Part shown: positions 63,001-64,000 of the stretch, in pieces
Layout: every line of letters starts with the position of its first letter
How positions within the stretch are numbered: the first letter of the stretch is position 1
The notes under the pieces: generated by a model
What the model saw: only the letters and a program-made list of their open reading frames with translations
The model's database searches: none
Told to the model about the DNA's origin: nothing
Assembly (NCBI GenBank): GCA_045837725.1
Contig: JBEWZL010000220.1
Location: 186,001 to 250,000 of the forward strand
DNA: 64,000 bases
Direction of reading: 5' to 3'
From: Vermamoeba vermiformis
Lineage: Eukaryota
Translations under genes and position numbers: made by a program

Positions 63001-64000
63001 GCCGTTCTGCCACGTGAACATGATCGACACCTCTTTGTCGGTTTGTGAGGTGTTTTCCTATACCGAGTTAGGCCTATATTAATATGGTAATATTAAGTAC
63101 TTACCACCGTCCACACGAAGACACCAACAGGGTAACTGCTTTCTTTGTAGTTGTGAGGCAAAATGGGCGACAACTGCTTGCACGTCACTTTCAAGTCTGG
63201 ATCCGGCTCGCCGTTGTAGACATTCCAAGAACGCGGAAACAAAGCGTGATACTCGGTATTATTGCCTTGAATTCCGTTCCAATTCCACGATTGCAACGGT
63301 GATTTCTGCGAGGAATTAGATTTTGACACTTTGACACGCGTCATGTTTTAAAGATGCCAACACTTACCTTATCCAAATCTTTTCTTCCGTTTAATACAGC
63401 AGCACGTTTCTAAGAAATGATTGTTAGCGAAAATTGGTTTGTTTGCAAGACAGAAAAATTATCGAAATTCACTTACGCCGTCAGGAAGCACTTGATATTT
63501 CTTCTTTGACTTTTTGGATCTTTTCTTAGTTTTTCTTTTTAACTTGCCACTAGCGGTCATTGAGCCACTAGCACTCAGAGAGGCGCTAGAATTTAAAGAG
63601 CTTGGACCACTCGCGGTTGATCCTGAAGTGTCCGATCCAAAACTGCTATCCTTTTGGCATACAATAGGTGCACTATATAGAGAGAATTGATTGGCATCCA
63701 CGATTCGGTAATTGACAATGCCTCCAGGAACTAAAGTCCATCTGACAAAAAAAAGGTTAAAATTCAAATATTTTTAGGTCAAAAAGCAATTTCCAAATAC
63801 CTGCAGAAGTCGCCTCGCCAGCCTCTATTAATAGCCCCGCTTCCAATGCCACCGATCGGCACACCCATGATGGATCCTTAAAAGGAAAATCAGCAACAAA
63901 TTCAACTGAACAAAGTCCGTTACCAATTTAATGGTAAATCGTCAAATATGCTGCGTAACATCAAGCATAAAACATGCAGCCAATAAGGTATCGCGATAAG
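60100..64000 (-). CDS. GBA2: Non-lysosomal glucosylceramidase (GH116, GBA2-like), 5' part outside window
   Basis: [94 protein letters not shown] 60100-60102. Confidence 0.95.

Noticed and set aside
1-64000. Alternative genetic code (TAG reassigned)
   Set aside because: Only one in-frame TAG found; TAG, TGA and TAA all terminate other genes at sensible positions
1-64000. CRISPR array, tRNA/rRNA, transposon or integrated virus
   Set aside because: No spaced repeats, cloverleafs, terminal repeats, transposase, reverse transcriptase or capsid motifs seen; bacterial-like genes carry spliceosomal introns, so contamination is also unlikely

Overview
Gene-dense, AT-rich eukaryotic nuclear DNA with short GT-AG introns (GTAAGT/GTACG donors, CTRAY-type branch points). 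It uses the standard genetic code: TAA, TAG and TGA all end genes. The gene set suggests a free-living protist, probably an amoebozoan (inference): Rb, a hybrid histidine kinase, a tyrosine-kinase-like receptor, a lysyl oxidase with Dictyostelium-type Cys repeats, and many secreted or surface-anchored proteins. I spliced about 27 genes by hand. I saw no rRNA, tRNA, CRISPR or transposase. Best leads: (1) a roughly 20-exon gene that splices in frame into a PH + peroxiredoxin-like (CxxS) + RapGAP fusion; (2) every intronless CDS has a predicted 5'-UTR intron, and several share an ACCAC-N5-GT leader-exon end; (3) strong GATC enrichment with GATC palindromes; (4) tandem LRR genes with a homogenised C-terminal F-box-like module; (5) a bacterial-type ThuA gene that has gained introns and secretion signals. 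Small frame breaks in conserved genes are most likely assembly errors. All gene models and counts are by eye and need confirmation.
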